A DNA stretch of 33,401 nt from a virus. Its lineage: Duplodnaviria; Caudoviricetes. The position numbers and the translations under genes were made by a program. The notes under the pieces were generated by a model. The model had not been told where the DNA came from. It saw nothing but the letters and a program-made list of their open reading frames with translations, and searched no databases. The stretch covers positions 1-33,401 of IMG/VR virus record IMGVR_UViG_3300038316_000268; one strand, 5' to 3'. Shown one piece after another: positions 17,504-25,736 of this stretch; position 1 is the stretch's first letter; each line of letters starts with the position of its first letter.

Positions 17504-19207
17504 TTAATTCGATTTAGGGGATAGAGAAGTAGCTGTATTTGGCCTGTTAACCAATCTCATTAATGTTTTTCTGCAAAGCAGATACTTGAATGCATCCGTG
17601 AAGTTTGTAGATTCTTTCAATAAACGATTTGTTGGAAGACTGTCTGTTTTCTTTTCCTTCACAATCTCCGATGTTCCATTACGACGTTGTTTAACCTTCG
17701 TCTTAGTATTCTCCATTTGCGTTTTAAGGTATGGACAAGTATTCCGGTCAATTAAAAGTTTAGGCAGATCTTTGTTTCTTCCGGTCATTAATTCCATCAT
17801 GAAATTGTATTCGGCGTTGCTGCTGATATTTCCCTGGCCAATGGACATGAGCTGGACCGTCCAACCAGTACGTTTGCCTTCTGCGTCGATTTCGATGGCT
17901 TTTTTAAGTTGCGAAGCAACGTCTTGTTTTACTTTGCTATAGCTATTTGCTGCACGGTCATAATAAAGCTTCATGCGTTTATGACCATGAGGCTTAAAGT
18001 ATTTTAGAAACTGATCTGCCAACTGGCGGATGTAGTCCGGTGGTAAGGTGTACAGCTCCTTCATTATCCGGATGGTATTCATTTTGGTTTGTGAGAGCAA
18101 TAACCAAAGTGTATTACCGACATCAAGCCCGGCTTCAATAGCCATACGACTATCGAGGTACTTTAATTCCCTACAGTCAGTCTCGGATCCGAAGGGTAGG
18201 GTATCGATGTAGTCATAATTAATCCCATCATTATAGAAATGTTTTTCCGACAAAGCAGCGTAAAATCTTGCTGCGGCCGAAAGTTTCGGTATGATGGAAA
18301 GAATAGAAGCGTTAACGCCTTCCAAGCCTGCACTAAATTCGTCGTCAAACCATTCGTTTGAAAGTATATCAGCATTGACGAACGAACTAGCAATCCAAAA
18401 GAATGACGTTTGTTTGCGAAGCTTCTTCCAACGATCTTCCCAACGCTTCATGTTTCGTTCAGCCAATAATGTTTCTTTTTTGTTTCCGGAGTTCAAAGCA
18501 GAAACATATTCTTTCTTGACTTCATTAAAAATAAATCCGCAATTTAGTAAATCGAGGATCTTTTGCTTGTCGTTCTGTTTAGCCAGGTTAAAGATCCATG
18601 ATGATTCCCCGATATTATTTGGATCAGGCATATCAGTTGTAAATGATATGCTCCTGTAGAACGGAGATTCCCCAAACTTTGCCTTATAGCCACGAACGGC
18701 TTTCATAATATTGGCAATTGATTTTTCAGAAAAGTATTTAACTTCATCGCCGAATAAACCGACATAAGAATTACCCGCTCCGATGGCCGGACGGTCCAAA
18801 GAAATAAATGTGAAGTTGAATCCGGTAAAAAAAACCATAGTATGTTTCCAAGATGTAACTTTGTTGTACATCTTTTTTTCCCATTCATCGGGTGGACGCT
18901 TGTTAATCACATAGTGGATATCTTCCTCCCATCCTTTGAGTCTTAGGCCCTCAAGCATTGACGGAATTATATTCTTGTGAAGGTTGGTATACGTGTCTGA
19001 AACGAAGCCGAACGGTGCTCCAGGACAGTCATAAACGGCTTCCTGGATGCGCTCTACCTGAATATCCACTGTTTTAGAGGTCCCCCGTCCGGCAATGAGC
19101 GCCAGTATGCGCGGCATCATTATGGCAAGCATTTGGGCTAGCCAATTCGAATAGCGCACTTCTATCGTTTCATTACTCAGCTTTGGTTTTCTTTTCCTGC
19201 TCATCAA
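17504..19207 (-). CDS. terL: Terminase large subunit
   Basis: Walker A LIAGRGTSKT, Walker B GLFGDEVKY, coupling motif FTTD, RNase H acidic residues AGLDVG, YYDRA and NFTDAFKY. Confidence 0.9.
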   Translation of the reverse strand: MMSRKRKPKLSNETIEVRYSNWLAQMLAIMMPRILALIAGRGTSKTVDIQVERIQEAVYDCPGAPFGFVSDTYTNLHKNIIPSMLEGLRLKGWEEDIHYVINKRPPDEWEKKMYNKVTSWKHTMVFFTGFNFTFISLDRPAIGAGNSYVGLFGDEVKYFSEKSIANIMKAVRGYKAKFGESPFYRSISFTTDMPDPNNIGESSWIFNLAKQNDKQKILDLLNCGFIFNEVKKEYVSALNSGNKKETLLAERNMKRWEDRWKKLRKQTSFFWIASSFVNADILSNEWFDDEFSAGLEGVNASILSIIPKLSAAARFYAALSEKHFYNDGINYDYIDTLPFGSETDCRELKYLDSRMAIEAGLDVGNTLWLLLSQTKMNTIRIMKELYTLPPDYIRQLADQFLKYFKPHGHKRMKLYYDRAANSYSKVKQDVASQLKKAIEIDAEGKRTGWTVQLMSIGQGNISSNAEYNFMMELMTGRNKDLPKLLIDRNTCPYLKTQMENTKTKVKQRRNGTSEIVKEKKTDSLPTNRLLKESTNFTDAFKYLLCRKTLMRLVNRPNTATSLSPKSN

Positions 19208-19799
19208 ACAATTCTATAAAGTCAATATCTTCAATTTCAGCTTCCATACGAAGGCGTGTTTTTTCGCTATTAGGAATTTCCATATTATCAATTCGTGCGG
19301 CCAGTAAATCACGGTTGGCACGTTCCAGTTTAATATGTTTAGGCTCCAGCGTGTAAATCTTATTGGGTTTTTTGTAAAGTTCTTCAGGTACCTTTGGCGG
19401 CTCGGGAACATCGAGTTCTTTTGCTTTATACGCTTTCATTTTCAGGTCCCCGTACACTTCCATGTCCTTGGAATCTTTTGCAGTTAGCAATACAACCTGA
19501 GCAGCACTGTTGAATTCTTCGTAAAACAAGTTTCGTAACGCTTGTTTTTCGATTCCATCATCCGCATAAAACAAATTAATGGCTTCATCGAACATAAGCC
19601 TGGCACGACGGTAAGTTATGTTTAACGGCGGTTTTTGAATAAAGGAAATAGCATTTTCCTTGCCGTACTTCCTGCGAAGATTATTCAGCAAGTAAAGAGC
19701 ATCCAGGTATTCCTGTGCTGTTTTCGATAACTCTTCTTTACTTCCTCCCTGGATGTAGTCTTGCAGTTCATTGAAATACGACTTTTTAAAATCCGCCAT
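19173..19799 (-). CDS. Hypothetical protein upstream of terL, candidate terminase small subunit (208 aa)
   Basis: Overlaps the terL start and is helical. Function by position only. Confidence 0.5.
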   Translation of the reverse strand: MADFKKSYFNELQDYIQGGSKEELSKTAQEYLDALYLLNNLRRKYGKENAISFIQKPPLNITYRRARLMFDEAINLFYADDGIEKQALRNLFYEEFNSAAQVVLLTAKDSKDMEVYGDLKMKAYKAKELDVPEPPKVPEELYKKPNKIYTLEPKHIKLERANRDLLAARIDNMEIPNSEKTRLRMEAEIEDIDFIELFDEQEKKTKAE

Positions 19800-20139
19800 A
19801 GATTACTTCGTTTTTCATTTTTTCGAATTCAACCTGACGACGCAATTTATCGAGCCGTTGGGCCTGTGTAGCATTGTCTGCAGCATCTGTAACCATATCA
19901 ATGCCGTCTTTTGCCTGGTAAAATAGCACACCACGATCATAATGATATTTAAGTACACTTTCAATCTGCATGAAATAGTACATGAATTCGTGTTTGTTTA
20001 TGTTATAAAACATAGCCAATTTTTCAGGCGTATATCCGATAAAAGCAAGTTTTTCATATTCCTGCCAGTTAATTTTACTCATCCAGTCCGGTGCGTTTCT
20101 ATCGTCCCAAGTTGCCTGCTTTATGATTTCTGAACTCAT
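19786..20139 (-). CDS. Hypothetical protein with HTH-like segment (117 aa)
   Basis: EYEKLAFIGYTPEKLAMFYNI resembles an HTH. Alternative terS candidate. Confidence 0.5.
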   Translation of the reverse strand: MSSEIIKQATWDDRNAPDWMSKINWQEYEKLAFIGYTPEKLAMFYNINKHEFMYYFMQIESVLKYHYDRGVLFYQAKDGIDMVTDAADNATQAQRLDKLRRQVEFEKMKNEVIYGGF

Positions 20140-20671
20140 ATAATTTTTCAGATTTGTAAAATAAATATTGTTCTATTTGTGCGTTTTCCCCAAAGTTTCC
20201 GGAACCTTCCGAAACGAATTTACCGATATCGGTTGCCATGCAGGAAATTTTCCGGTGCGTCCAGGCATAAGTTATTAACCAGTTTCGTTCGGCAACCATT
20301 TGTTCAAGAAGCCTATGCGTGGATACGCTTCTGTATTTTATCGATTCTCCGATCTCAATATCCACGTTCGCCAGCAGCCCTTTGTCCTGAAACCGGCATA
20401 AGGCGTTAATGATGCGCGAGTTTATGGAATAAGTTGCAATAAACAAGTTATTTATCCTTCCGGCGTTATTAATCACGTACGGAATAAATGTAAAAGCGCT
20501 CACGCTTTTGCGGGTTTCAATAAAAAAGAACTCATTTTCTTCCGGTAATCGTCCGATAAGGTCCTTCAGATTGTTTAAGCGAATTGTTTCGATACGCTCA
20601 AAGCGTGCTGAGAAATGTTTCGCGTAACGTTTTTTGTTTTCGATATCATCGAGCCGGAAATATTTGTTCAT
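20099..20671 (-). CDS. Phospholipase D-superfamily (single HxK) nuclease-like protein (190 aa)
   Basis: LFIATYSI strand and HRKISCMATDIGKFVSEGSGNFGENAQIE, a variant HxK...GSxN...N.E motif. Confidence 0.75.
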   Translation of the reverse strand: MNKYFRLDDIENKKRYAKHFSARFERIETIRLNNLKDLIGRLPEENEFFFIETRKSVSAFTFIPYVINNAGRINNLFIATYSINSRIINALCRFQDKGLLANVDIEIGESIKYRSVSTHRLLEQMVAERNWLITYAWTHRKISCMATDIGKFVSEGSGNFGENAQIEQYLFYKSEKLYEFRNHKAGNLGR

Positions 20672-21339
20672 GAAAGCAATCGTTGCACTTCAGCCAGTTC
20701 GGCCTGTTTTTCTTTCAATCTGTTTTTTCGTTCATTCTCCAGGTGTGGTTTATCTTCTTTTTTCAATTCAGACTCAATTCTCCAGATGTTGTGATTAAGC
20801 GCAATTTCTTTTTTTACCAATTCGCGAACACTTAGTTGGCGAATACCTTCCATTTTTCGGTAATGAGCGAAAACGGGATGATTACCCAATACCCTTCCGT
20901 ATTTTTTGTAGTGGTCAAGCTCTGCATATATCATCCGGTTTTCGTGATAATTACTCATCAGTTGGTTGGCGGTTTCGGCGCATTCTTCGAGCGATGCCAC
21001 CGAGAAGAGTTTTTCATGAAGTTGCCGGTACTGGTAAAACGAAGAGAATTTATCGGTAACCAGCGCCTTTAATTCAATCGGGCAATTCGGAGCGTTCAAA
21101 AAAGGAAATTCGTCGCGGAAAGCGATTGTCTTTCGGTGCGAATCCTTTTTTGCCGTTTTTGGTTTAATGTTCAATCCGGACAAGTTGCTTAACCTGGCGA
21201 AGATCTTCGATCTGAATTTCGCGGGGTTTGTTTTAACAAGCCGCACGAAAATCAGATCAGAACAATACTTTTCCAGCAACATCACGCCTTCAAAAACGTC
21301 GGCTCCTGAATTGATCCACGATTGAATTTCTTCTTTCAT
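20668..21339 (-). CDS. Conserved phage hypothetical protein (223 aa)
   Basis: ATGA-coupled on both sides. FRDEFPFL...CPIELKALV motif and C-terminal coiled coil. Confidence 0.7.
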   Translation of the reverse strand: MKEEIQSWINSGADVFEGVMLLEKYCSDLIFVRLVKTNPAKFRSKIFARLSNLSGLNIKPKTAKKDSHRKTIAFRDEFPFLNAPNCPIELKALVTDKFSSFYQYRQLHEKLFSVASLEECAETANQLMSNYHENRMIYAELDHYKKYGRVLGNHPVFAHYRKMEGIRQLSVRELVKKEIALNHNIWRIESELKKEDKPHLENERKNRLKEKQAELAEVQRLLS

Positions 21340-22106
21340 TCTTTTGCGTCGGCAATTTCATTGAAAAAATCCAGAACGGCATCCAGCGATTTAGCCGAAA
21401 CGGCAAACCAACGCTTTCTTTGCAATTGCGCTTTCAGCACGTCGTGCGACGGCTTTTCGCTAACAACAGGAAGCGTGAAGCTGTCGTTTTGCCAATCTGT
21501 GAGAATTGGTTTGAATTGACTGAAAAAACGATTGAAATACACGCTTAAGAAATCTACTTCGTTAAAATCAACGCTCTGATTTTCTTCAATAAGCTGAACA
21601 ATTTTGCTTCTTTCCAAAACAACCGGCGTTTTCGTGCGGAAGTCTGTAACAGGTAGGTTGCTGTCTTTCAGCACGCGGATTGTTTTGTCATTCAGGCTTA
21701 CACGGGGTTGCGCTTTAAGCACTTCTAAATCTGCCATGGTGAATGGCGAAACGGAAATAATATTATCCAAAAGGATAATTTTTTCGGTTCCGTAGTCTGC
21801 AATCAGTTCAAGAAGCAAATCGAAAACTGATTTATCTTCGCTGGGGTATCTTACAACCAAAGCTTCAATGTCTTCATTGAAGTTTTCTACAAAGTTTTTA
21901 CTTGCCACTTCTGCAAATTTTGAATTGTGTGCAACGAGCATAATAATAGGCAAATGTTTTTTATATTCAGAAATAAAACCACTTGCAAGCGTATCATTCA
22001 ATTCAGGTGTTTCATTCACTTCAGGCGTTTCATTTATTTTCTGAATTACTTCCGGTTCAGAAATTTCCACGTTTTTAACTGTCTTTTTTGTTTCTTTTTT
22101 ACTCAT
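21336..22106 (-). CDS. Hypothetical protein, possibly degenerate glycosyltransferase/Stealth-like fold (256 aa)
   Basis: Low-complexity N-terminus (NETPE repeats), then an alpha/beta domain with KIILLDNII and DFRTKTPVVLER segments. Fold call is from recalled similarity. Confidence 0.45.
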   Translation of the reverse strand: MSKKETKKTVKNVEISEPEVIQKINETPEVNETPELNDTLASGFISEYKKHLPIIMLVAHNSKFAEVASKNFVENFNEDIEALVVRYPSEDKSVFDLLLELIADYGTEKIILLDNIISVSPFTMADLEVLKAQPRVSLNDKTIRVLKDSNLPVTDFRTKTPVVLERSKIVQLIEENQSVDFNEVDFLSVYFNRFFSQFKPILTDWQNDSFTLPVVSEKPSHDVLKAQLQRKRWFAVSAKSLDAVLDFFNEIADAKE

Positions 22107-22139
22107 GAGAAAATAATTTTATAAAATTAAATTGCGTTA

Positions 22140-22175
22140 CAAATTTGCAATTGCAAACCCGAAAATAAAAGGACA
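22140..22175 (-). promoter_or_regulatory. Putative late promoter for packaging operon
   Basis: Minus strand TGTCC-N23-CAAATTTG (one mismatch to TAnnTTTG), overlapped by the palindrome TTTGCAATTGCAAA. Confidence 0.7.
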
Positions 22176-22176
22176 T

Positions 22177-22203
22177 AAAAAAACCGCCACAATGGGCGGT
22201 TTT
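22177..22203 (-). terminator. Intrinsic terminator after capsid/tail-tube operon
   Basis: AAAACCGCC-6 nt-GGCGGTTTT with T7 on the minus strand. Confidence 0.85.
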
Positions 22204-22221
22204 CAGGAATATGAAAATAAC

Positions 22222-22788
22222 CTACACACCAGGATCAGCGGGAACTGTTAATTCAAGATATGTGTTTAAATCTGCGTTATCCGTGACCGGAATCAGATTC
22301 TTGGCAATGTGTCCCAAAGCCGGGCCAATCATTTGAGAAACAAGCTGAATGGTATGCTTGGAAGCTTCGGCATTGTCTTGTGTCGTATCTGACAGTACCA
22401 ATGGTGAACACGGAGTTCCGGCAATCCGGCATTTACCGGTACCGCAAGCAACAGTTATCGCTCCCAATTCTTCGTTTACAATGTTTTCTACCAGTTCATC
22501 CATTTCCAGTTCGTTACCAGGACTTTCGAAATCCACGTGATGCAGGAAGCCTTTGCTTCCGTCGTCACCGCTTGTTTCATGGTACGGGTGAATGGATTTA
22601 TTGGATGCGTAAACAGCAATAGGGGTTTTCCCTTCTTTCATCGCGAACGTAGTAACGTTCACACCTTTGTCGTCGCGCTCATAGCTCGCAACATCTTCCC
22701 AACGGAACAGGATCACGTAGAATTTCTTCGGTGTAGGTCTGCCTTGGTTAGGATTTTTTTTCGGTACAGAAACTAATGAATATGGCAT
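22222..22788 (-). CDS. Abundant virion protein, probable major tail tube protein (188 aa)
   Basis: Co-transcribed after the capsid gene and before a terminator. Beta-rich and acidic, with an IAGTPCSPL motif. Could instead be a head decoration protein. Confidence 0.5.
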   Translation of the reverse strand: MPYSLVSVPKKNPNQGRPTPKKFYVILFRWEDVASYERDDKGVNVTTFAMKEGKTPIAVYASNKSIHPYHETSGDDGSKGFLHHVDFESPGNELEMDELVENIVNEELGAITVACGTGKCRIAGTPCSPLVLSDTTQDNAEASKHTIQLVSQMIGPALGHIAKNLIPVTDNADLNTYLELTVPADPGV

Positions 22789-22827
22789 AGTTATAAATTT
22801 TTAGAGTGAATAAAATAGGTTTATGAA

Positions 22828-22856
22828 ACCGAAAGGGGTAAAACTCCTTCCGGTTA
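22828..22856 (-). other. Intergenic hairpin after capsid gene (mRNA stabiliser or partial terminator)
   Basis: Minus strand AACCGGAAGGAGT-TTT-ACCCCTTTCGGTT, with a weak T-tail. Confidence 0.5.
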
Positions 22857-22864
22857 TTCATTGT

Positions 22865-24289
22865 TTACGCACCGGGCTCAGCTTCAGGTGGCAAATAAGC
22901 AAAAATTGCTTCTTTCATCGCAAATCCGGTTCCTTTTCTGAATTCAATAAATACTTTCACATCGTAGTTCTGCACTTGCATGTAAACTTTTGCCTCGCGA
23001 TGATCTCGACTCATCAGGTGTTTGAAATTCACTTTCGGTGTTAGGAAGAAAGCTTTGCTTCCTATCATCCCTTCCATTGGCACAAAATAGAAGTTGGTGA
23101 AATCCACACGGTTTTCGTTTTTGTCCTCGTTTTTCGTGTTTGGATATTTCGTCTGGTAAGCACGATTGTACATGCGGATCAGGTCTGGATCGGCATGTAT
23201 AGCCATCCGTTTATTCCGATATTTGGGTGCAACTGCATCAACGGCCGATTCAACGGAAGCAACAATATTCTCAGCGGTCAGTGTAACACCATCAAGTAAC
23301 CAGGTAACGCTTGCATCAGCTGCGGCTTTCAAGTCTTTCAGGATAGTCAGGTATCCGTCCATGCTATCAACAACAGCGGTTTCAGGGGCTGCAGTTCCGT
23401 CACCGGCTGGAACGAATTCCTTGAAGTCACCAATAGCCATGGCAGTTTCCAAATCTTCTGAAAGTTTAGGAAGAATCAAACCGTCAACAATGTATTTAAC
23501 GATCGGCATTTTGTCCGGTGTTAAATTCTCATCATACAAATAACCGATGTATTGGTCAATGATATCGGCCGGCTTAATCGGCTGGTTAACTTTAAGAATG
23601 AAATTCTTGATTGTGATGGGTGAGAATTTTACTTTACCTGTCGGCGTCCAATATGGAACAAATTGTTGCAAAACAGAATCTATTTCGGCTTGCGATGCGC
23701 GCCATTCTGATTTATCGGTTACAACCGTGGTCATGTGGTCGGTACAAGTCAGATCGTTGGTGATCTTACGCAGGATCTCAAGTTTCTCAGAAGAAACATA
23801 CTTGCCAAATTCGGCCTGAAGTTCCGATGTGTCGATGGTTGTATCTGTTGAATACATGGCCGAAACATCGCCTTTGAAATAGGCATCAATCACGCGATTG
23901 TGCACTAAACTCATGTTGGGTTTGAATGCTGTTTTCACTCCTTGTCCTTGTAATTTTACGTGAACGGGGTTGTCTTTTTCTTCCTCTTTTGTAAGAATAT
24001 CAATTTTTCCCTGCAAATCGGCTTTATCTTTCAAAGCGGCATCAAAATCCGCTTTTATTTTTGTCAACTGGTTTTTCAACTCAGTCATTTCGGTTGATTT
24101 CCCGTCTACGGGACCGTCTTTTTCCGCTTCCGCCAAATCTTGTTCGAATTTAGTGACGAATTTGTCACCATATTCGTCCGTCAATTTAGCCTTCATATCA
24201 TCGGTGAGAAAGCTTTTACCTTCCTTGTTGACTGGAAGATGGCTCATTCCGAAGATCGAGAGTACAACTGCTAAAATTTGCTTGAACAT
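22865..24289 (-). CDS. Major capsid protein with N-terminal scaffold-like region (474 aa)
   Basis: Follows the S49 protease. About 150-aa charged coiled-coil N-terminus, then a capsid-like body (QQFVPYWTPTG, SMDGYL, DVKVFIEFRKGTGF). Confidence 0.8.
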   Translation of the reverse strand: MFKQILAVVLSIFGMSHLPVNKEGKSFLTDDMKAKLTDEYGDKFVTKFEQDLAEAEKDGPVDGKSTEMTELKNQLTKIKADFDAALKDKADLQGKIDILTKEEEKDNPVHVKLQGQGVKTAFKPNMSLVHNRVIDAYFKGDVSAMYSTDTTIDTSELQAEFGKYVSSEKLEILRKITNDLTCTDHMTTVVTDKSEWRASQAEIDSVLQQFVPYWTPTGKVKFSPITIKNFILKVNQPIKPADIIDQYIGYLYDENLTPDKMPIVKYIVDGLILPKLSEDLETAMAIGDFKEFVPAGDGTAAPETAVVDSMDGYLTILKDLKAAADASVTWLLDGVTLTAENIVASVESAVDAVAPKYRNKRMAIHADPDLIRMYNRAYQTKYPNTKNEDKNENRVDFTNFYFVPMEGMIGSKAFFLTPKVNFKHLMSRDHREAKVYMQVQNYDVKVFIEFRKGTGFAMKEAIFAYLPPEAEPGA

Positions 24290-24300
24290 ACTGTTAAATT

Positions 24301-25203
24301 TTAATGGTTAGTGTAATTATTGATTAATAGCTTTTTACGCAATTCCTGCGCGCGTTTCAACGTGTAGTTTAAATCGCCAATAGCGTTGATTATTTTGTTA
24401 TCCAGCGCGTCGGCGGCATAGAATGTTTTTCCGGAAAGAATTCCTTCGGTTTCGGTTTTCAGTCCCGGGATGTTTTCTTTGATGGTTTCCTGAAATTTAA
24501 GCGCGAGCGGATCCAGCATTTCAGTTTTTATCAAATCGTATTTTCCCTGCAAAGCGAGCTCTAATGGCTGATTTTTATGTTCGCTCAGGTTTGAATAAAC
24601 CCGGTGTTCGGTTATTCCCAGATTCTCGTTGCGTTTCTGATAGTCTTTAAAAGACATCATCACACCTACAGAGCCGAATTCTGCCGAAATTTCATTAGCT
24701 GCGTGAATTTCGTCGCAATACGAAGCAACGAATAATGCTGCAGATGCACATAAATCGCACGAAGCAAGTACCGGCTTGTTATTGACTTGTGCCAGCCTGA
24801 TAGCTTCAACCAACGGCGCAATGGCGTCAACCGAACCGCCGCCGGAATCGATATCGAGCACAATGCTTCCTATTTTTTTGTGCATAGCAGCTTCACGAAC
24901 GGCCGCTGCAATTTCGGTAGTTCCGTAACTGCAAAGCGTGCCATACTTAAGCATGGTGCCTTCAATAGAATAAATGGCGGTTGAATTTTCGGGGATATCT
25001 TCCGGGATGGAAGATGTAAGTTGTGAATCGTTACCCGTGGAAACGGAAAACGCAAGCGGTTTATTGTCCGATAAAATGGCGGTTTCACCTGCAAACTGGC
25101 GAGCCAAAATTTTGTCGATCAGCTCGCTTGTTTCAATGTCTAAGCGGTGATCAATAAACCATTTTCCCCGTAGAAGTGTGGTAATAAGATAATTCGATTT
25201 CAT
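24301..25203 (-). CDS. S49-family (SppA/ClpP-like) prohead protease (300 aa)
   Basis: IVLDIDSGGG, CASAALFVAS (catalytic Ser), GSVGV and SEHKN (Lys). Lies immediately upstream of the capsid gene. Confidence 0.92.
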   Translation of the reverse strand: MKSNYLITTLLRGKWFIDHRLDIETSELIDKILARQFAGETAILSDNKPLAFSVSTGNDSQLTSSIPEDIPENSTAIYSIEGTMLKYGTLCSYGTTEIAAAVREAAMHKKIGSIVLDIDSGGGSVDAIAPLVEAIRLAQVNNKPVLASCDLCASAALFVASYCDEIHAANEISAEFGSVGVMMSFKDYQKRNENLGITEHRVYSNLSEHKNQPLELALQGKYDLIKTEMLDPLALKFQETIKENIPGLKTETEGILSGKTFYAADALDNKIINAIGDLNYTLKRAQELRKKLLINNYTNH

Positions 25204-25240
25204 CGTAAACGCGTTTATTGTGCAAGTTTACGATGAAATC
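25196..25240. repeat. Perfect 15-bp inverted repeat covering protease ATG and -7 box
   Basis: GATTTCATCGTAAAC (25196-25210), 15-nt spacer, GTTTACGATGAAATC (25226-25240). Confidence 0.95.
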
Positions 25241-25257
25241 TGTGTGGCTAAAAGGAC
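25223..25257 (-). promoter_or_regulatory. Putative late promoter for protease-capsid operon
   Basis: Minus strand GTCC-N23-TAAACTTG. The GTCCTTTTAG overlaps the last codons and stop of the upstream gene. Confidence 0.7.
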
Positions 25258-25670
25258 GTTAGTTTTTTGGTTTTCTCAGCGGATAGATGTTTAGATACCA
25301 GCGTTAGCGAAGCGATAACGCCTGCCGATTCTTCCGATAAAATAACCGGATTGTCCCGGGTTCCCATGATCCGGCTTTCATCGTTGGAATAATCCAACCG
25401 GATGATAAGCTGTTTGCCTACCAACCTGGTGATCTCATTGTCCATATCTGTGTTTTTTCCTTTCAGTACAACAGAAAGTTCCTGTTCGATCATTTCACCG
25501 GCAAGCAGTTCGTTTTCTTTCAGTTCGGCGGTTTGCATCGGTAAATTTATCCACGATGCCAATACCTGGATGTTTTTATTCCCCGGAATATCGGTGATCG
25601 TACATTCGTTGTAAGGGCAATAATAAAATTTGCAAATATGTGCCCTTCTGTCGTTGTTTGTTCTGTTCAT
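25248..25670 (-). CDS. Hypothetical phage protein (140 aa)
   Basis: Beta-rich ORF. Its IMGTRDNPV motif resembles IAGTPCSPL of 22222..22788, suggesting a distant tube-like paralog (inference). Confidence 0.65.
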   Translation of the reverse strand: MNRTNNDRRAHICKFYYCPYNECTITDIPGNKNIQVLASWINLPMQTAELKENELLAGEMIEQELSVVLKGKNTDMDNEITRLVGKQLIIRLDYSNDESRIMGTRDNPVILSEESAGVIASLTLVSKHLSAEKTKKLTSF

Positions 25671-25736
25671 AACAAAAGTGAGTTTTTAAACTCCGTTAAG
25701 TGATTGATTTTTCACATATTGGAGATAATTTTTTAT

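Noticed and set aside
24230-24289. Signal-peptide-like N-terminus of the capsid protein
   Set aside because: Context after the S49 protease and the capsid-like body argue for an amphipathic scaffold leader rather than secretion.
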